Below are positions 1 to 12,599 of a stretch of 64,000 nt of DNA, piece by piece. The notes under the pieces were generated by a model. That model was given only the letters and a program-made list of their open reading frames with translations, did not search any database and was not told the origin of the DNA. The first letter of the stretch is position 1. Each line of letters starts with the position of its first letter. Both the position numbers and the translations under genes were made by a program. This DNA comes from Tubiluchus corallicola (Eukaryota; Animalia; Priapulida), in the NCBI GenBank assembly GCA_030141605.1, contig JAQGDQ010000284.1, positions 124,001 through 188,000 of the forward strand. The letters are read 5' to 3'.

Positions 1-1010
1 GGACTCCCATTTCTTCTGCTGATTACTCAATATATATCCTCATGATCGATATGTCAAAGGCCTTTGATTGCATTCGGAGAAAAACTCTGCTTTGCTGTCT
101 GGAAGAAATCCTTGAACCTGATGAAATATAAATCATAAGTATAATGTTAGAAAATCTATTAATTCAAGTCAGGTGTGAAGGGAAATTGAGTCAGCCATTT
201 TCTACAAACAAAGTAGTACCTCAGGGTGGCTATCTAAGCCCTGTACTTTTCACTTTATATCTTGCCATAGCTCTCACTGAGGACAAAGTTATACCATTGA
301 AAGACCTAGAAGATCACAACAACACAATTCTTGATCCTAAATTAATACCAAATGAAGTAAGACAAGAACACAGTTACAGCTCTCTACAATGTAAGTCAAC
401 TACAAAACTACGATATCAATGCAGCATGCTGATGATGTGGCATGGATTACAAGAAACAAAGAAAGAAGAAGTAGATGATATAAAAAACTCAATAGAGGAG
501 AAACTGAACAGAATGGATCTTGTTGTAAATCATGGCAAAGATGCAAGTATCTCGGTAGTCTGCTAGCGACAGAGGACGAAATATTCAGACGAAAGATAAT
601 GGCATTATCATCTTACTCAAAACTCACAAAAGTTTTTGAAAATAGGAAGATTTCTTTGGAAACAAAAATTAGAATATTCTCAGCCTTAGTCGAAACTGTT
701 TTCTGTATAACTCTGAGCTCTGGACATTAAAAGCAAATCATAAAGCTGAAATCGATGCGTTTTCAAAGGCGAAATTACAGAAACATTTTGGGTATTACAG
801 GCCATAGAAAATTTCAAACGAAGATCTATATGAAAAAATAAAAGAAGAACCTTGGACAAGAAAAATAAAAAGACGACGTTTAAGATGGATTGGGCATATG
901 CTTAGACTACCTGATGACGTTCCAGTGAAGATAGCTCTTCAACAAGCCATAGAACCATCTAAAAAACCTGCAGGAGGACAAATGTTACATACTTGGATTT
1001 TGCACAGAAA
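1..1010 (+). mobile_element. Degenerate non-LTR retrotransposon (LINE, RTE-like) reverse transcriptase fragment
   Basis: RT motifs in broken frames: DMSKAFD (~48-68), VPQGGYLSPVLFTLYL (ORF 144-566), QHADD (~422-436, YADD-like), YNSELWTL (~706) and RRRLRWIGHMLR (~871), the last two typical of the RTE ORF C-terminus; frameshifts present. Confidence 0.8.
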
Positions 1011-1679
1011 GATTTAAACACTTCAGCATTGATCCTTAGAAACAAATCCACTTGGGGCATTGCAGCGTGTATGTAAAATGTTAAAGTTTGACTGAGGAAA
1101 ATGATGTGGCTGTTTGCCGCATGTCTCAGATTTAGTTCAGTTTATTTTTGTCACTCGTATATTTCACTTCATCATTATTATCATTCATTAAACATTATAT
1201 ATACACAGTTATTTGTAAACATAAGTGTTTGTGGTGTGCTAGTGCATCACCTAAACCTAAAAACTGTAAAAATTAGCTAGCTTGCAGCTGTTCAAAGTAA
1301 AAGTTTTAAATGATCAAAATTTGAAAAAGCGAAATTGTGTTTTGCATATTTGATTATTTTTGCAAAATTTATTTTTAATAAGTTAACTAATTAATTAATT
1401 AAACGATTATTGCTGTGCAATGCCACTTTTTGTAGTTAGCGTTGAAATAGTTGTGCAAAACGTAAGACAAATTACAGAAGGATAGTACAGTTTTGAATGT
1501 AGGTATGGAGGCGTGGGGTTTGGGGTTTGCTGGTGAAGAGGGGTTTAGAAAAAATAAAAATCGTAAAAATGTAAAGAAGCCATAAAATGCAGTAAAATGC
1601 CTGTGTGGCCGAGCGTTCTGTCGTTTAGCTGTGTCAAGTTTACAGGCAAATTTAGTAAAATCTGATTTACACATGGTTT

Positions 1680-1970
<291 letters not shown>

Positions 1971-1994
1971 ACTAGCCAACCCTGCAAAAAGAAT

Positions 1995-2855
1995 TTTACA
2001 CACAACAACCCACAACAACCTACACCTCCACACCACACCATACCATACCACAGCACAACACAACACACCACGCCCACTACACCATCCGCCAACAGCACTG
2101 CAACATCACCAGCAACACACCAACTGCAATACACCACACCACACCATATCAAAATACCGCACCAGCCACACCATACCATACCACAGCACAACACAACACA
2201 CCACGCCCACTACACTAAACAAACACCACCCACACCATGCCCACTACACCATCCGCCAACAGCACTGCAACATCACCAGCAACACACCAACTGCAATACA
2301 CCACACCACACCATATCAAAATACCGCACCAGCCACACCATACCACAGCACAACACAACACACCACGCCCACTACACTAAACAAACACCACCCACACCAT
2401 GCCCACTACACCATCCACCAACAGCACTGCAACATCACCAGCAACACACCAACTGCAATACGCCACACCACACCGCACCCACCAGACTACACCCCACACA
2501 CTTTACCATCACACCACACCACTAACAGCTCTACACTCACTGGACACTCACTACACCTATCACATCACACCAACCACACTAAACAAGCACCACCTACACG
2601 ATCCACCCACAACACAGCAACACACCAACTGCAACACACTACACTGCACCCACCACACTACACCAACACCACCGACACCATACCACCACACCACACCCCA
2701 CACACTCTACCACCCCACCACACCACTCACAGCGCTACGCCCACTGCACACTCGCTACACCTACCACATCAAGTCCACAACATCACATGGTGATCATGAT
2801 GTTGATGTTGACGATGATGATGACGACAACGATGATGACACCTACAGCACCTAGA
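1995..2855. repeat. CA-rich low-complexity repeat with internal duplication; related copy at ~12600-13035
   Basis: (CACCA/CACAA)-type runs; both copies end in ...gatgacgacaac(g/a)atga(t/g)gacacctaca. Confidence 0.8.
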
Positions 2856-3789
2856 CCAACAGCACAGCATCACGGTGAAACCATTCAAAACATTTTGCAC
2901 AAAGTCGAAACTATGTGCTATAATAAATGTTCTTAGTCTGTCTACCTATGATCAATAATGCGTGGACATTCTACATAGTTTTGTTTGCTGCTTCTCAGAT
3001 GATGATAGGCTAACAGAACTTTCTTACATGTATAATCTATAACAATGTAGAATGACGGGTGATGACAATGCCTGGATCAGCCGCGAAATTTCTCAAACTC
3101 AACGACAATGGATGTTCCAAATAGCGTGCAGCACAGGGGGTAGAAAAAGAACGTCGAAATGCACCCCTCCTGTTTCACCCAGCATACATCTCTCCTAGTG
3201 AGCACTTTGAGCAGCACTTTGTAGACAATTTCGCCCTCTTTCTGTGAGTGTTTATTTTTTGTTAACCTCCCCCTACAGTTGCACAAATTGAGTTTTTCTA
3301 TTGGCTGTTTGAGCAGTACCATTACCAGCATTGCCCCGGCAGATTCACGTTCTCTAGAAAAAAAGAGGTATAAGGTTTGCAAATTTTTTCGAAAAACGGG
3401 CAAAAATGACTGTTTTTAGAGCTTTTCCGCCCCCCCCTGTTCCTCCGGGTGGGCCCAATTCGAAAAATAAGTCCCAGGTGCGAACCCTTCGGTGGTGCCT
3501 TGCGTTTGATAGGTCGTTGAAAATGGTGCCTTCGTCACAGCTGTAGTTTCGTCGGTTATATATCCATATGTATATATATAAATTTATATATAAATATATA
3601 TACTTCCGAAACTAATTATACAGACTCACACCTTTTTCTTTTGCTAATAGGCTTATTGGCAGTTGTTGACAGTAAACACAATTATAAAACTGGATTTTAA
3701 AATAGAATTTCTACAATCTCAAATTGCTGCTACAAATATTCATTACAATCACAATGTTTTGAAATAATAATTTACCAAGAAACACGTTT

Positions 3790-5403
3790 TTATAAGAGCC
3801 ACAGAAGTACGATAAATAAACGTCCCGCATTACTGATTGTTGTTGTACTTGAACTATGGGAAGAGACAGATAGTAAACGGCTTCGTCCACATTTAAAGTC
3901 CGAAACCTTGAGCTGATCATTAGATATTCGGGGTTTCCAGCAGTCTACAGATGATTTGCTCCACTTCGTTTTCTTCGTCCAAACTGTCCTGCAGTCACAA
4001 GTTAGTTGACTTTCTAATAACTTGAACTCCACCGTGCTAGGATTGACTCTTAGGTGCAGCTTAGGCATCGTCATGGTGCTTATTTTTGTCCCAGTAAAAC
4101 TGATGGAACGAATTGAAGGGTTATTCGAGAGATCCAAATTGGCTACACTCAATGCAACACAGTCGATAAAAGCAATTGTCTGCAAACTCTGAATCCTGTG
4201 AAACGTACTTTGATGGATGTATTGTAACAGTTTCATGGTTTCCATTCTAAAGTGTACAATCGAACCATGTATGTTATTTTGCCTGAGAAAAGCTATATTA
4301 CTATTCATTACTAACAATGTTTCGACTTGTTTTCCCTTCAGAAACTCCTTTGGCAATTCTTTAGCTCCGTAGAAAAGGATCTTCAGCGTGATGCTGGCAT
4401 CGAGAGGCAATGATTTTGAAATTTCAGTCAGTTGGGAGTAACTCAGATCCATTTGATTACCATCACACGTTATGGTATCCAACTTTACAGTACAACCTAA
4501 AATTTCGTAAATATCCAATACTGTAGTCTCGGTTGTTGTCTTAGTTGTTGTCTTGGTTGTCGAAGTTGTCTTGGTTGTTGTCTTCGTAGTCGAAACTCCT
4601 GTGGGCTTTAGGTTAGTCGAAGACTTTGTAGTGGACACACCAGAAGGACAAAAATCCTCCAAAGTATGCTTTTCTGTTGCTACAATATTTTGTTCTTTGG
4701 TGTTAGGTAAGTGTCTACATTGTATGTAAGCTGCAATTTTCTTCATCCAGGCTGTTCTACAGTCGCAGATTAAAGGATTTTTGTGGATAAACATTTTTAA
4801 ATTTTTGAATATAACGGCTTCATCTTGAAATTTTGGCATATCCATTGTAGTGATACCTGTATTGACTATTAACAATTCACGAAACATTGGACAATTATAC
4901 AAGTCCAGATCCAACTGCTTCAACTTTTTACAGTGCTGAATACTAATTCCGTTCAAGTTGTTCAAGTTTCTGAAAGCCTGGGGGTGAATGAATACCAATT
5001 CTTTAGCCGAAGATATTTTGAAAAATTGAACCCCAGTTGCTCTAATAAACTTTTTCTCAATTTTTAGCAGATTTTCAGCGTAAAATATCTCAAGTGTTTG
5101 AACTTCTGTGCCTAGTAGAAAGTCTGAAGGCAGAGCATCGTCAACGTAAAACCACACAGAAATAAGCTCTACCGTTTTTGTATCAGCGCCAGATATCATT
5201 GCTGTTTTCAGTTTTTCCATTGTAGCCTTGTTAGGTTTTTCTAGAACACCTCTGTAAGAAAAACCACAAAATATTTCAAATGTTGCGTTTTTTGTACAGG
5301 ATTGAATGAAATCGTCACCTTCCTTTTCTCTGCCAAAACTAGGTGTTGTTAACATCATGAATACAATGCCAAACTTTGCTGAGCAAAACACGTGCAACAT
5401 CAT
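3790..5403 (-). CDS. Secreted, probably GPI-anchored leucine-rich repeat protein, paralogue 1 (537 aa)
   Basis: Intact single ORF. Hydrophobic signal peptide; LRR-like strands (FIHPQAFRNLNNLNGISIQHC); LRRCT motifs NPLICDCRTAW and SQLTCDCRTVW; Thr-rich stalk TTKTTTKTTSTT; S/T spacer plus hydrophobic C-terminus with no cytoplasmic tail. Confidence 0.88.
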   Translation of the reverse strand: MMLHVFCSAKFGIVFMMLTTPSFGREKEGDDFIQSCTKNATFEIFCGFSYRGVLEKPNKATMEKLKTAMISGADTKTVELISVWFYVDDALPSDFLLGTEVQTLEIFYAENLLKIEKKFIRATGVQFFKISSAKELVFIHPQAFRNLNNLNGISIQHCKKLKQLDLDLYNCPMFRELLIVNTGITTMDMPKFQDEAVIFKNLKMFIHKNPLICDCRTAWMKKIAAYIQCRHLPNTKEQNIVATEKHTLEDFCPSGVSTTKSSTNLKPTGVSTTKTTTKTTSTTKTTTKTTTETTVLDIYEILGCTVKLDTITCDGNQMDLSYSQLTEISKSLPLDASITLKILFYGAKELPKEFLKGKQVETLLVMNSNIAFLRQNNIHGSIVHFRMETMKLLQYIHQSTFHRIQSLQTIAFIDCVALSVANLDLSNNPSIRSISFTGTKISTMTMPKLHLRVNPSTVEFKLLESQLTCDCRTVWTKKTKWSKSSVDCWKPRISNDQLKVSDFKCGRSRLLSVSSHSSSTTTISNAGRLFIVLLWLL

Positions 5404-5540
5404 TTTGCACCATTACATCTGCAAAGTTGCGCCAGATAATTCTCGAATTTTCCACAAAGCTTGAAGGCATCAGTGAGAAAGTGACAGGAATCTCTGATAC
5501 GTCACCAATGAAACAATTATTCATTCGTTGCTATGTTACA

Positions 5541-6340
5541 CATCATCATCATCATCTACGTGTTTCTAGATTAAATAGCATGGCGCCACGCATTCCACTC
5601 CACCACCATCGCCCGCTATGCACCATCCCTCAAATCTAAAGCTGAGCTAAATCTTTTTGCTTTATGTCTATATATTTAGTTGACCTCCTCTTGGCACTTT
5701 TGTTGTTTCAGGGATTTTATATGATGTTATAAGCAGAGGAGATTCTTGAGGTTGTTCTTAGTACATGCCATATCTAGTGCAATCTTCTTAATTGTATTTG
5801 TTTACTCCAAGAATTCTTCTTGACCACATAATACCGATCATCGTTGGACATTCAGTCGAGCCATTTAATTTTTAGTAATTTTCTGTAAGAACGTTTTTAA
5901 AAAGCGCCAATTTCCTTCTGCTGTTTAACATTTGTTGTCCGGAGTTTAGTATTGTACAAGAACACAAGTTCAACTAAACTTGAAAGAATCTGGAATTTGG
6001 TTTCAAGAGCAAGTTTCCTGTTTTCAAAAACCATTGTGAGACTGAATAAGCAGAAAATGCAAGATTTTTTTTCTTCGTATGGCAGCTTTAGTGTCAAATA
6101 AGGTACCAAGGTATTTAAATCTTTTCCACGAATCACACCCGCCTCTTTGAACATTTTATTGTTCTGCCTTTGTATTATTAATTATAGAATTATGTTTTTC
6201 TAAACGGCAGCTGATCCACGTTGCACGTTGCAGCTCCTCTATAATAGCTGCTATGTAAGAAATATCATCTGCATATTGCATGAAGGTTAAAAGATGAAGA
6301 CGCTTCGAATGTATCTCAATTGTGTTCAAATAGTGCACCT
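5541..6340 (-). mobile_element. Degenerate LINE (RTE-like) 3' fragment with (GAT)n tail, inserted just upstream of LRR paralogue 1
   Basis: MQYADDISY (ORF 6156-6338), FLYNTKLRT and LRRLH.IWHVLR-like remnants; (CAT)n on the + strand at 5541-5556. Confidence 0.7.
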
Positions 6341-6418
6341 GGTCTTGAGTTTTTTGGATTATTGATATGACAATCTAAAAACTGGAAAAAAGCTAAGCTT
6401 CAAAACTGCTTTGTGATA

Positions 6419-7355
6419 AACCATTCTCAGGCACCATACCAGCGGCTTAGCTCTCTAGTTGAAGATCAAATACAACCATTCTCAGGCACCATACCAACGG
6501 TTTGGCTCTCTAGTTGAAGATCAAATACAACCATTCTCAGGCACCATACCAGCGGTTTGGCTCTCTAGTTGAAGATCAAATACAACCATTCTCAGGCACC
6601 ATACCAACGGTTTGGCTCTCTAGTTGAAGATCAAATACAACCATTCTCAGGCACCATACCAACGGTTTGGCTCTCTAGTTGAAGATCAAATACAACCATT
6701 CTCAGGCACCATACCAACGGTTTGGCTCTCTAGTTGAAGATCAAATACAACCATTCTCAGGCACCATACCAACGGTTTGGCTCTCTAGTTGAAGATCAAA
6801 TACAACCATTCTCAGGCACCATACCAACGGTTTGGCTCTCTAGTTGAAGATCAAATACAACCATTCTCAGGCACCATACCAACGGTTTGGCTCTCTAGTT
6901 GAAGATCAAATACAACCATTCTCAGGCACCATACCAACGGTTTGGCTGTCTAGTTGAAGATCAAATACAACCATTCTCAGGCACCATACCAACGGTTTGG
7001 CTCTCTAGTTGAAGATCAAATACAACCATTCTCAGGCACCATACCAACGGTTTGGCTCTCTAGTTGAAGATCAAATACAACCATTCTCAGGCACCATACC
7101 AACGGTTTGGCTCTCTAGTTGAAGATCAAATACAACCATTCTCAGGCACCATACCAACGGTTTGGCTGTCTAGTTGAAGATCAAATACAACCATTCTCAG
7201 GCACCATACCAACGGTTTGGCTCTCTAGTTGAAGATCAAATACAACCATTCTCAGGCACCATACCAACGGTTTGGCTCTCTAGTTGAAGATCAAATACAA
7301 CCATTCTCAGGCACCATACCAACGGTTTGGCTCTCTAGTTGAAGATCAAATACAA
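6419..7355. repeat. Tandem minisatellite, 55-bp unit, ~17 near-identical copies
   Basis: Unit aaccattctcaggcaccataccaacggtttggctctctagttgaagatcaaatac; no unique spacers. Confidence 0.97.
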
Positions 7356-8699
7356 CGTACTTCATAAAGTTCCGGTTTTGCATAAAAACAGAAAGAAAAT
7401 TCTCTAACTAAGATTTTCTGACACGTTTAACTTTTTCTTGCTAGTTTATGTAAGAGAAAACGGGATGTGAAGGTGTCATGGATTGCAAGGAAAGTTTGGA
7501 ACTAAATTTCGTTTGATTTCACTTGAAGGAATTACAGAAATTACGCGGTATCCAAGAAAGCCGTAGTTAGAACGTTGGTCCATTTCGGAAGTTTCATGAG
7601 CAAAACTGAATAAAATGCTTTGGTGAAATGCAACTTTGATGCCCGATTTCATTAGGAAGGAAGCCATGAAATTTATTGAAATTTAATAATGACAATCTTA
7701 AAGGTATTTTCGTAATAGTGAAAGTAATAACACCACTGCTCTAACTTAGAATTCGTTCTTAAAGCAAATGTTTTCTATGTTTATTTATCTCACAAATGAT
7801 AAACAAAAGTCGCAAAAGTTGCACAAAAAGCACTTTTAACCATAATTATTAAAAATAACTAGCAAGACTTCTGAAAAACAATTGCAGTCAAAATTCAAAG
7901 GGTTACAAAAGTAGGTAGCGAGTTCAAATCCCAGCTGAGAAAGGGTTTTCACAATTTTATTTTCATATCTGTAATGAATGCAGGTAAAAATGGCAGAGGA
8001 AATAATGGCATAACTTAGTGAAATATGTGCTTAGGGTCAGGGCTACTGTAAGGGATAATTATTGTAGTCATTTTTACATCTGCTGAAGAAGTTATGCTTC
8101 AACGCTTATTTGTTTGTCTATCTGTTTGGTTGGTTGTTTTTAGTCTATTGCGCAAAAACTGTCAATAAGATTTCCAAGAAGCTTCCCGAAGAAAGGCGGG
8201 TATAAGATGCAAAATGAGAATCTTTTTGACGGTTCTTTTTTCTCAAAACTTGACCGAACACAAAAATCATTCGTGAAGCACTTTATGGAGGTCACAGAGG
8301 GAGTGTTTAGTACTTCCTTTTTGTTATACATTTATCGGTCCATTACAATCACTAAAATTAATGGTTGAAAAGGTAGATAAACACCATGTTGAACATTCGT
8401 GCATTATTGATTATAAATTTGTTTAATGAACAAATATATCGTGAAACTTTTGCTAGTCTATATAATACCAATACAGATACATTTTTGTATGTTTGCCTGT
8501 TTATCCTTGCATTAATTTATTTAATCAAAATAATCCCATGAAAAACTTTAGGATTGTTTGACTTTGGCAGAGCTCTGCTTCCCCTGTTGAGCGCATTCTA
8601 GTTTTATTATAGAAGTCAATTGCATCAAAATAATATAAGAGCCATTTTTTCTTACTGTTTCTTACTTTTACCATTCTTTACTTTAATGTTTTTTTTCAT

Positions 8700-8920
8700 T
8701 CTCATGTTTCATTTTTACCCACTGTTCCATTTGTGCCATTTTTACCCTCTTCCATTTGTGCCAGTTTTTTCCTGTGCCATTTTTACCATTCCATTTTTCC
8801 TGTGCCGTTTTTCTCTGCCATTTTTACCTGTGTCATTTTTCCTGTGCAGTTTTTTTCCTGTGCCATTTTACCATACCATTTTTCCTGTGTCATTTTGCCA
8901 TGCCATTTTTACCTGTGGCA
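8700..8920. repeat. Degenerate short-unit repeat (ccatttttt(a/c)cctgtg-like)
   Basis: Recurrent ~17-bp motif. Confidence 0.7.
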
Positions 8921-9003
8921 CTCTTACCAAGCACCATCAAGAATAACTAGGCTTATAACTACTTTGCAATAGTGCAGAGCTATTGAAATTGTCTTTTTTA
9001 TAC

Positions 9004-9073
9004 ATTATTATTATTACTATTATTGTTATTATTATTACTATTATTGTTGTCGTCGTCGTCGTCGTCGTCGTCG

Positions 9074-9104
<31 letters not shown>

Positions 9105-9105
9105 T
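9004..9105. repeat. Compound microsatellite (ATT)n(GTC)n(ATC)n
   Basis: Directly visible. Confidence 0.95.
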
Positions 9106-9139
9106 AAACAGTATCTAAGCTGCAGACGTTGTGCACAAA

Positions 9140-9330
9140 GCACGGTGGGCGAGTGACAAGGGTGCATGACTGCTGATCTAGAGATCCAGGGTTCAAAACC
9201 CATGATGCTCAATCCACTATGCCTGAGCGACAGGTAAGCAGCCTCGGATCAAGAAAGGCAGACAAGCTATCGGTTAGCCAACTGGTCTCCTTGTGTGTTC
9301 AAGGCTTTATTCAGACACCATAACCTCTGT
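9140..9330 (+). mobile_element. Probable tRNA-derived SINE remnant
   Basis: A-box-like ggtgggcgagtg and B-box-like ggttcaaaacc with tRNA-like spacing; no clean cloverleaf. Confidence 0.5.
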
Positions 9331-9699
9331 AATCTAGAATTAAGGTAATAAAGCTACAGGTAATAAAGTCACAGGAAAAAAGCACAGGTACTTGGTAAGT
9401 CTAAGAATTAAGCCAACAAAATATTTCATTGTAGGCAAATAGTAATTACAATACTGATGTGAAAGATTATCACAACTATTTCACAACTTTTTCAAATTAA
9501 ATAATTATCACCAAGTTTTTGAGTGAACTGCCAGATTGCATGATAACCTTTTCTGTGTTTTTCACACTACTTTGAGTTTTAATTTGGAGCAGCAAATGTC
9601 CAAGAACAGCTGTTTGATTAAATGACATCTTCGTTGCCACGGAATTCTAGATAAACTGTGATAATCAATCAAACGAATTATTAGATTTCAATTTCAGCA

Positions 9700-10075
9700 T
9701 GGCATCATAATATTTATTAGATACACTGGCCTCGCTGGTGATCACGACGCATGCTGTTTTCTAGCACAAAATGTTTATTTTACTGTGATCTTTCTTAATT
9801 CGAGTTCCGTATTCCATCTGTAATTTAACCACATCAAGTTCTTCTCCTGGCAAAGCAGAAAACTTTTTGCTCGTCTAAATTATTTCTCTAAGCTAGGAGT
9901 TGCGTTGTCGATTATGTCACCCAAAGAAAGTGCTTTTGACACTTATAATTATATCAGATTCTTTAACAGATAAACTTCAACCAAACGTTTAAGTACGGAG
10001 GTCGAGGTAGCCAACAAACATATTTCATCAGCATAGGCTAGATGGTCGTTAAGCATATTTTCAGCAAAACCAAAC
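9700..10075 (-). mobile_element. Highly decayed LINE RT fragment
   Basis: Minus strand reads NMLNDHLAYADEICLLA (~10010-10060), a YADD-motif remnant. Confidence 0.55.
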
Positions 10076-10504
10076 AGATTAGGCTTTTAAAGTGATGGCG
10101 TTCTTGTATTTACTTAACAACCGTAATTCCTGCAACTCTACAGGCAACTACAGCCAAAGCCGAAACTTGTGTTATCGGAGAGTAACTTGCAGCAAATCTT
10201 GCTCTCTAGTCTGAACACGCTTGTAAGTTACTTAGCGAGTTACTTGGCAATTAATTCATGAAATTAGGCAAGTGGGCTCTGCTGTAAAATGTTTGATGTT
10301 TGTTTCCCTCTGCTGATTGTTTTAGATTAAAAGATTTTTGAACCTGGGTAATAATTTCTTGTTTACTTTCGTTTTCTAGTGGTTGTTGTCAGTTGTAACC
10401 AGAAATGCCAGTAAATGCATAAAATTAGTTTCTAAAATATAATTTCTACAATCTCGAATTGCTGCTACAAATGTTCGTGATAATTATGCTCCAGCAACAT
10501 GTTT

Positions 10505-12160
10505 TTATATGAAGTGCAGGAGAATGAGAAATAAACTTCCCATGTTACTGATCGTTGTTGTACTAGTACTTTTGGCAGAGACATGTCGGGCACGCGTTCT
10601 GTCACAGTTGAAATCTGAAAGCTTTAGCTGTTCATTAGATATTTGAGGTTCCATGCAGTCAACCAATGATTTGCTCCAATTCACTTCCTTTGTCCAAACA
10701 ACTTTGCAGTCACAAGTTAGTCGACTTTCTAATAACTTGAACTCCACCGTGCTGGGATTAACACCTGGGTGCATCTCAGGCATCGTCATGGTGCTTATTT
10801 TTGTCCCAGTAAAACTGATAGAACGAATTGAAGGGTTATTGGAGAGATCCAAATTGGCTACAGTCAATGCAACACAGTCGATAAAAGCAATTGTCTGCAA
10901 ACTCTGAATCCTGTGAAACGTTTTGCTATGGATCAATTGTAACTGTTTCATGGTTTCCATTCGAAAGTTTACAATCGAACCATGTATGTCATTTTGCCCG
11001 AGAAAATTTATATTACTTTTCATTACCAACAATGTTTCGACTTGTTTTCCCTCCAGAAACTTCTGTGGCAATTGTGTAGCTTCGTAGAAAAGGATCTTCA
11101 GCGTGATGCTGGCATCGAGAGGCAATGATTTTGAAATTTCAGTCAGCTGGTAGTGACCCAGCTCCATTTGGTTGCCATCACATGTTATGGTATCCAACAT
11201 TACAGTACAACCTAAAATTTCGTAAATATCCAATACTGTAGTCTCAGTTGTTGTCTTGGTTGTTGAAGTTGTCTTGGTTGTTGTCTTGGTTGTTGAAGTT
11301 GTCTTGGTAGTCGAAACTTCTGTAGGCTTTAGGGTTGTCGACTGTTTTGTAGTGGAGACAGCAGATGGACAAAAATCCTCCAAAGTATGCTCTGTTGTTG
11401 CTACAATATTTTGTTCTTTGGCATTAGGTAAGTGTCTACATTGTATGCGACTCTGACCATTCTGTTCCTCAATTTTCTTCATCCAGGCTGTTCTACAGTC
11501 GCAGATTAAAGGATTGTTTTGGATAAACAATTTTAAATTTTTGAATATAACGGGTTCATCTTGAAATTTTGGCATATCCATTGTAGTGATACCTGTACCG
11601 AATATGCTCCATTGATGAAACTTTGGACAATTATACAAGTCCAGATCCAACTCCTTCAACTTTTCACAGTGCTGAATGCTGATTTCTTTCAAATTATTCA
11701 AGTTGCTGAAAGCATGGGGGTGAATGAATACCAATTCTTTAGCCATATAAATTTTAAAAAATTGAACCCTCTTGGCACTGATGAAGTTTTTCTCGATTTT
11801 GAGCAGACTGTAGGCGTACCGTATCTCAATATATGAAACTTCTGTGCCTCGTAGAAAGTCTGAAGGCAGAGCATTGTCTACGTAATGCAACACAGAAATA
11901 AGCTTTGCCGTTTTTGCAGGTGTATCAGCGTCAGCTGTTATTGCAGTTTTCAGTTCTTCCATGGTAGCCTTGTTAGGTTTTTCTAGAACACCTCTGTAGT
12001 AACCACCACAAATTATATCGAATGTAAACTTTGATCTCTTTATTGAACAGAATTGAATGAAATGGTCGCCTTCTCTGTCACCGCCCAAACTAGGTGTTAT
12101 TAACATCATGAATACAACGCCAAGCTTTGCTGTGTAAAACATGCGCAACATTTTTCCCAT
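10505..12160 (-). CDS. Secreted, probably GPI-anchored leucine-rich repeat protein, paralogue 2 (~551 aa)
   Basis: Intact single ORF collinear with 3790-5403; first ATG at 12160 (track start 12178 is GTG); same signal peptide, two LRR+LRRCT modules, Thr stalk and hydrophobic tail; 5' and 3' flanks also homologous to those of paralogue 1. Confidence 0.88.
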   Translation of the reverse strand: MGKMLRMFYTAKLGVVFMMLITPSLGGDREGDHFIQFCSIKRSKFTFDIICGGYYRGVLEKPNKATMEELKTAITADADTPAKTAKLISVLHYVDNALPSDFLRGTEVSYIEIRYAYSLLKIEKNFISAKRVQFFKIYMAKELVFIHPHAFSNLNNLKEISIQHCEKLKELDLDLYNCPKFHQWSIFGTGITTMDMPKFQDEPVIFKNLKLFIQNNPLICDCRTAWMKKIEEQNGQSRIQCRHLPNAKEQNIVATTEHTLEDFCPSAVSTTKQSTTLKPTEVSTTKTTSTTKTTTKTTSTTKTTTETTVLDIYEILGCTVMLDTITCDGNQMELGHYQLTEISKSLPLDASITLKILFYEATQLPQKFLEGKQVETLLVMKSNINFLGQNDIHGSIVNFRMETMKQLQLIHSKTFHRIQSLQTIAFIDCVALTVANLDLSNNPSIRSISFTGTKISTMTMPEMHPGVNPSTVEFKLLESRLTCDCKVVWTKEVNWSKSLVDCMEPQISNEQLKLSDFNCDRTRARHVSAKSTSTTTISNMGSLFLILLHFI

Positions 12161-12599
12161 TACAGGTTGCAAAGTCACATCGGATAGCTCTCGAATTTTA
12201 TGTTAGAACAAAACTTGTTCAAGGTGTGAATGCATCACAGAAACTGCCAGTATAAATAAGAATGCGACAGCAATATTTCTGTTACGTTTCCAAGGAAACA
12301 ATTATTCATTTGGTTGCCGAGTCGTCACATGGTAACTTGTAAATTTCCAGTCACTTAATCGAAATTTCACAAAACTAAGTGGAAAATTCCAGCAGCTAAA
12401 ACAAAATTTCGAGTCACTAGTTGGTTTTTTTATATACAAAGTGCAAATTTTGGAGGTTTTTCACCCCCTTTCTTCCCAGTGAGCCCGATTCGGAAAATTA
12501 ATTCCTTGTGGTAAGTTTGTGGGTCCAGACGTTTCGTTTGAAATATCTACATTAAACATATATATTTAATAGATAGAAATTGATGGATAGATAGCCAAA

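Noticed and set aside
6419-7355. CRISPR-like appearance of the 55-bp array (also the 128- and 134-bp arrays)
   Set aside because: Units are contiguous and near-identical with no unique spacers, no cas genes, and the context is eukaryotic
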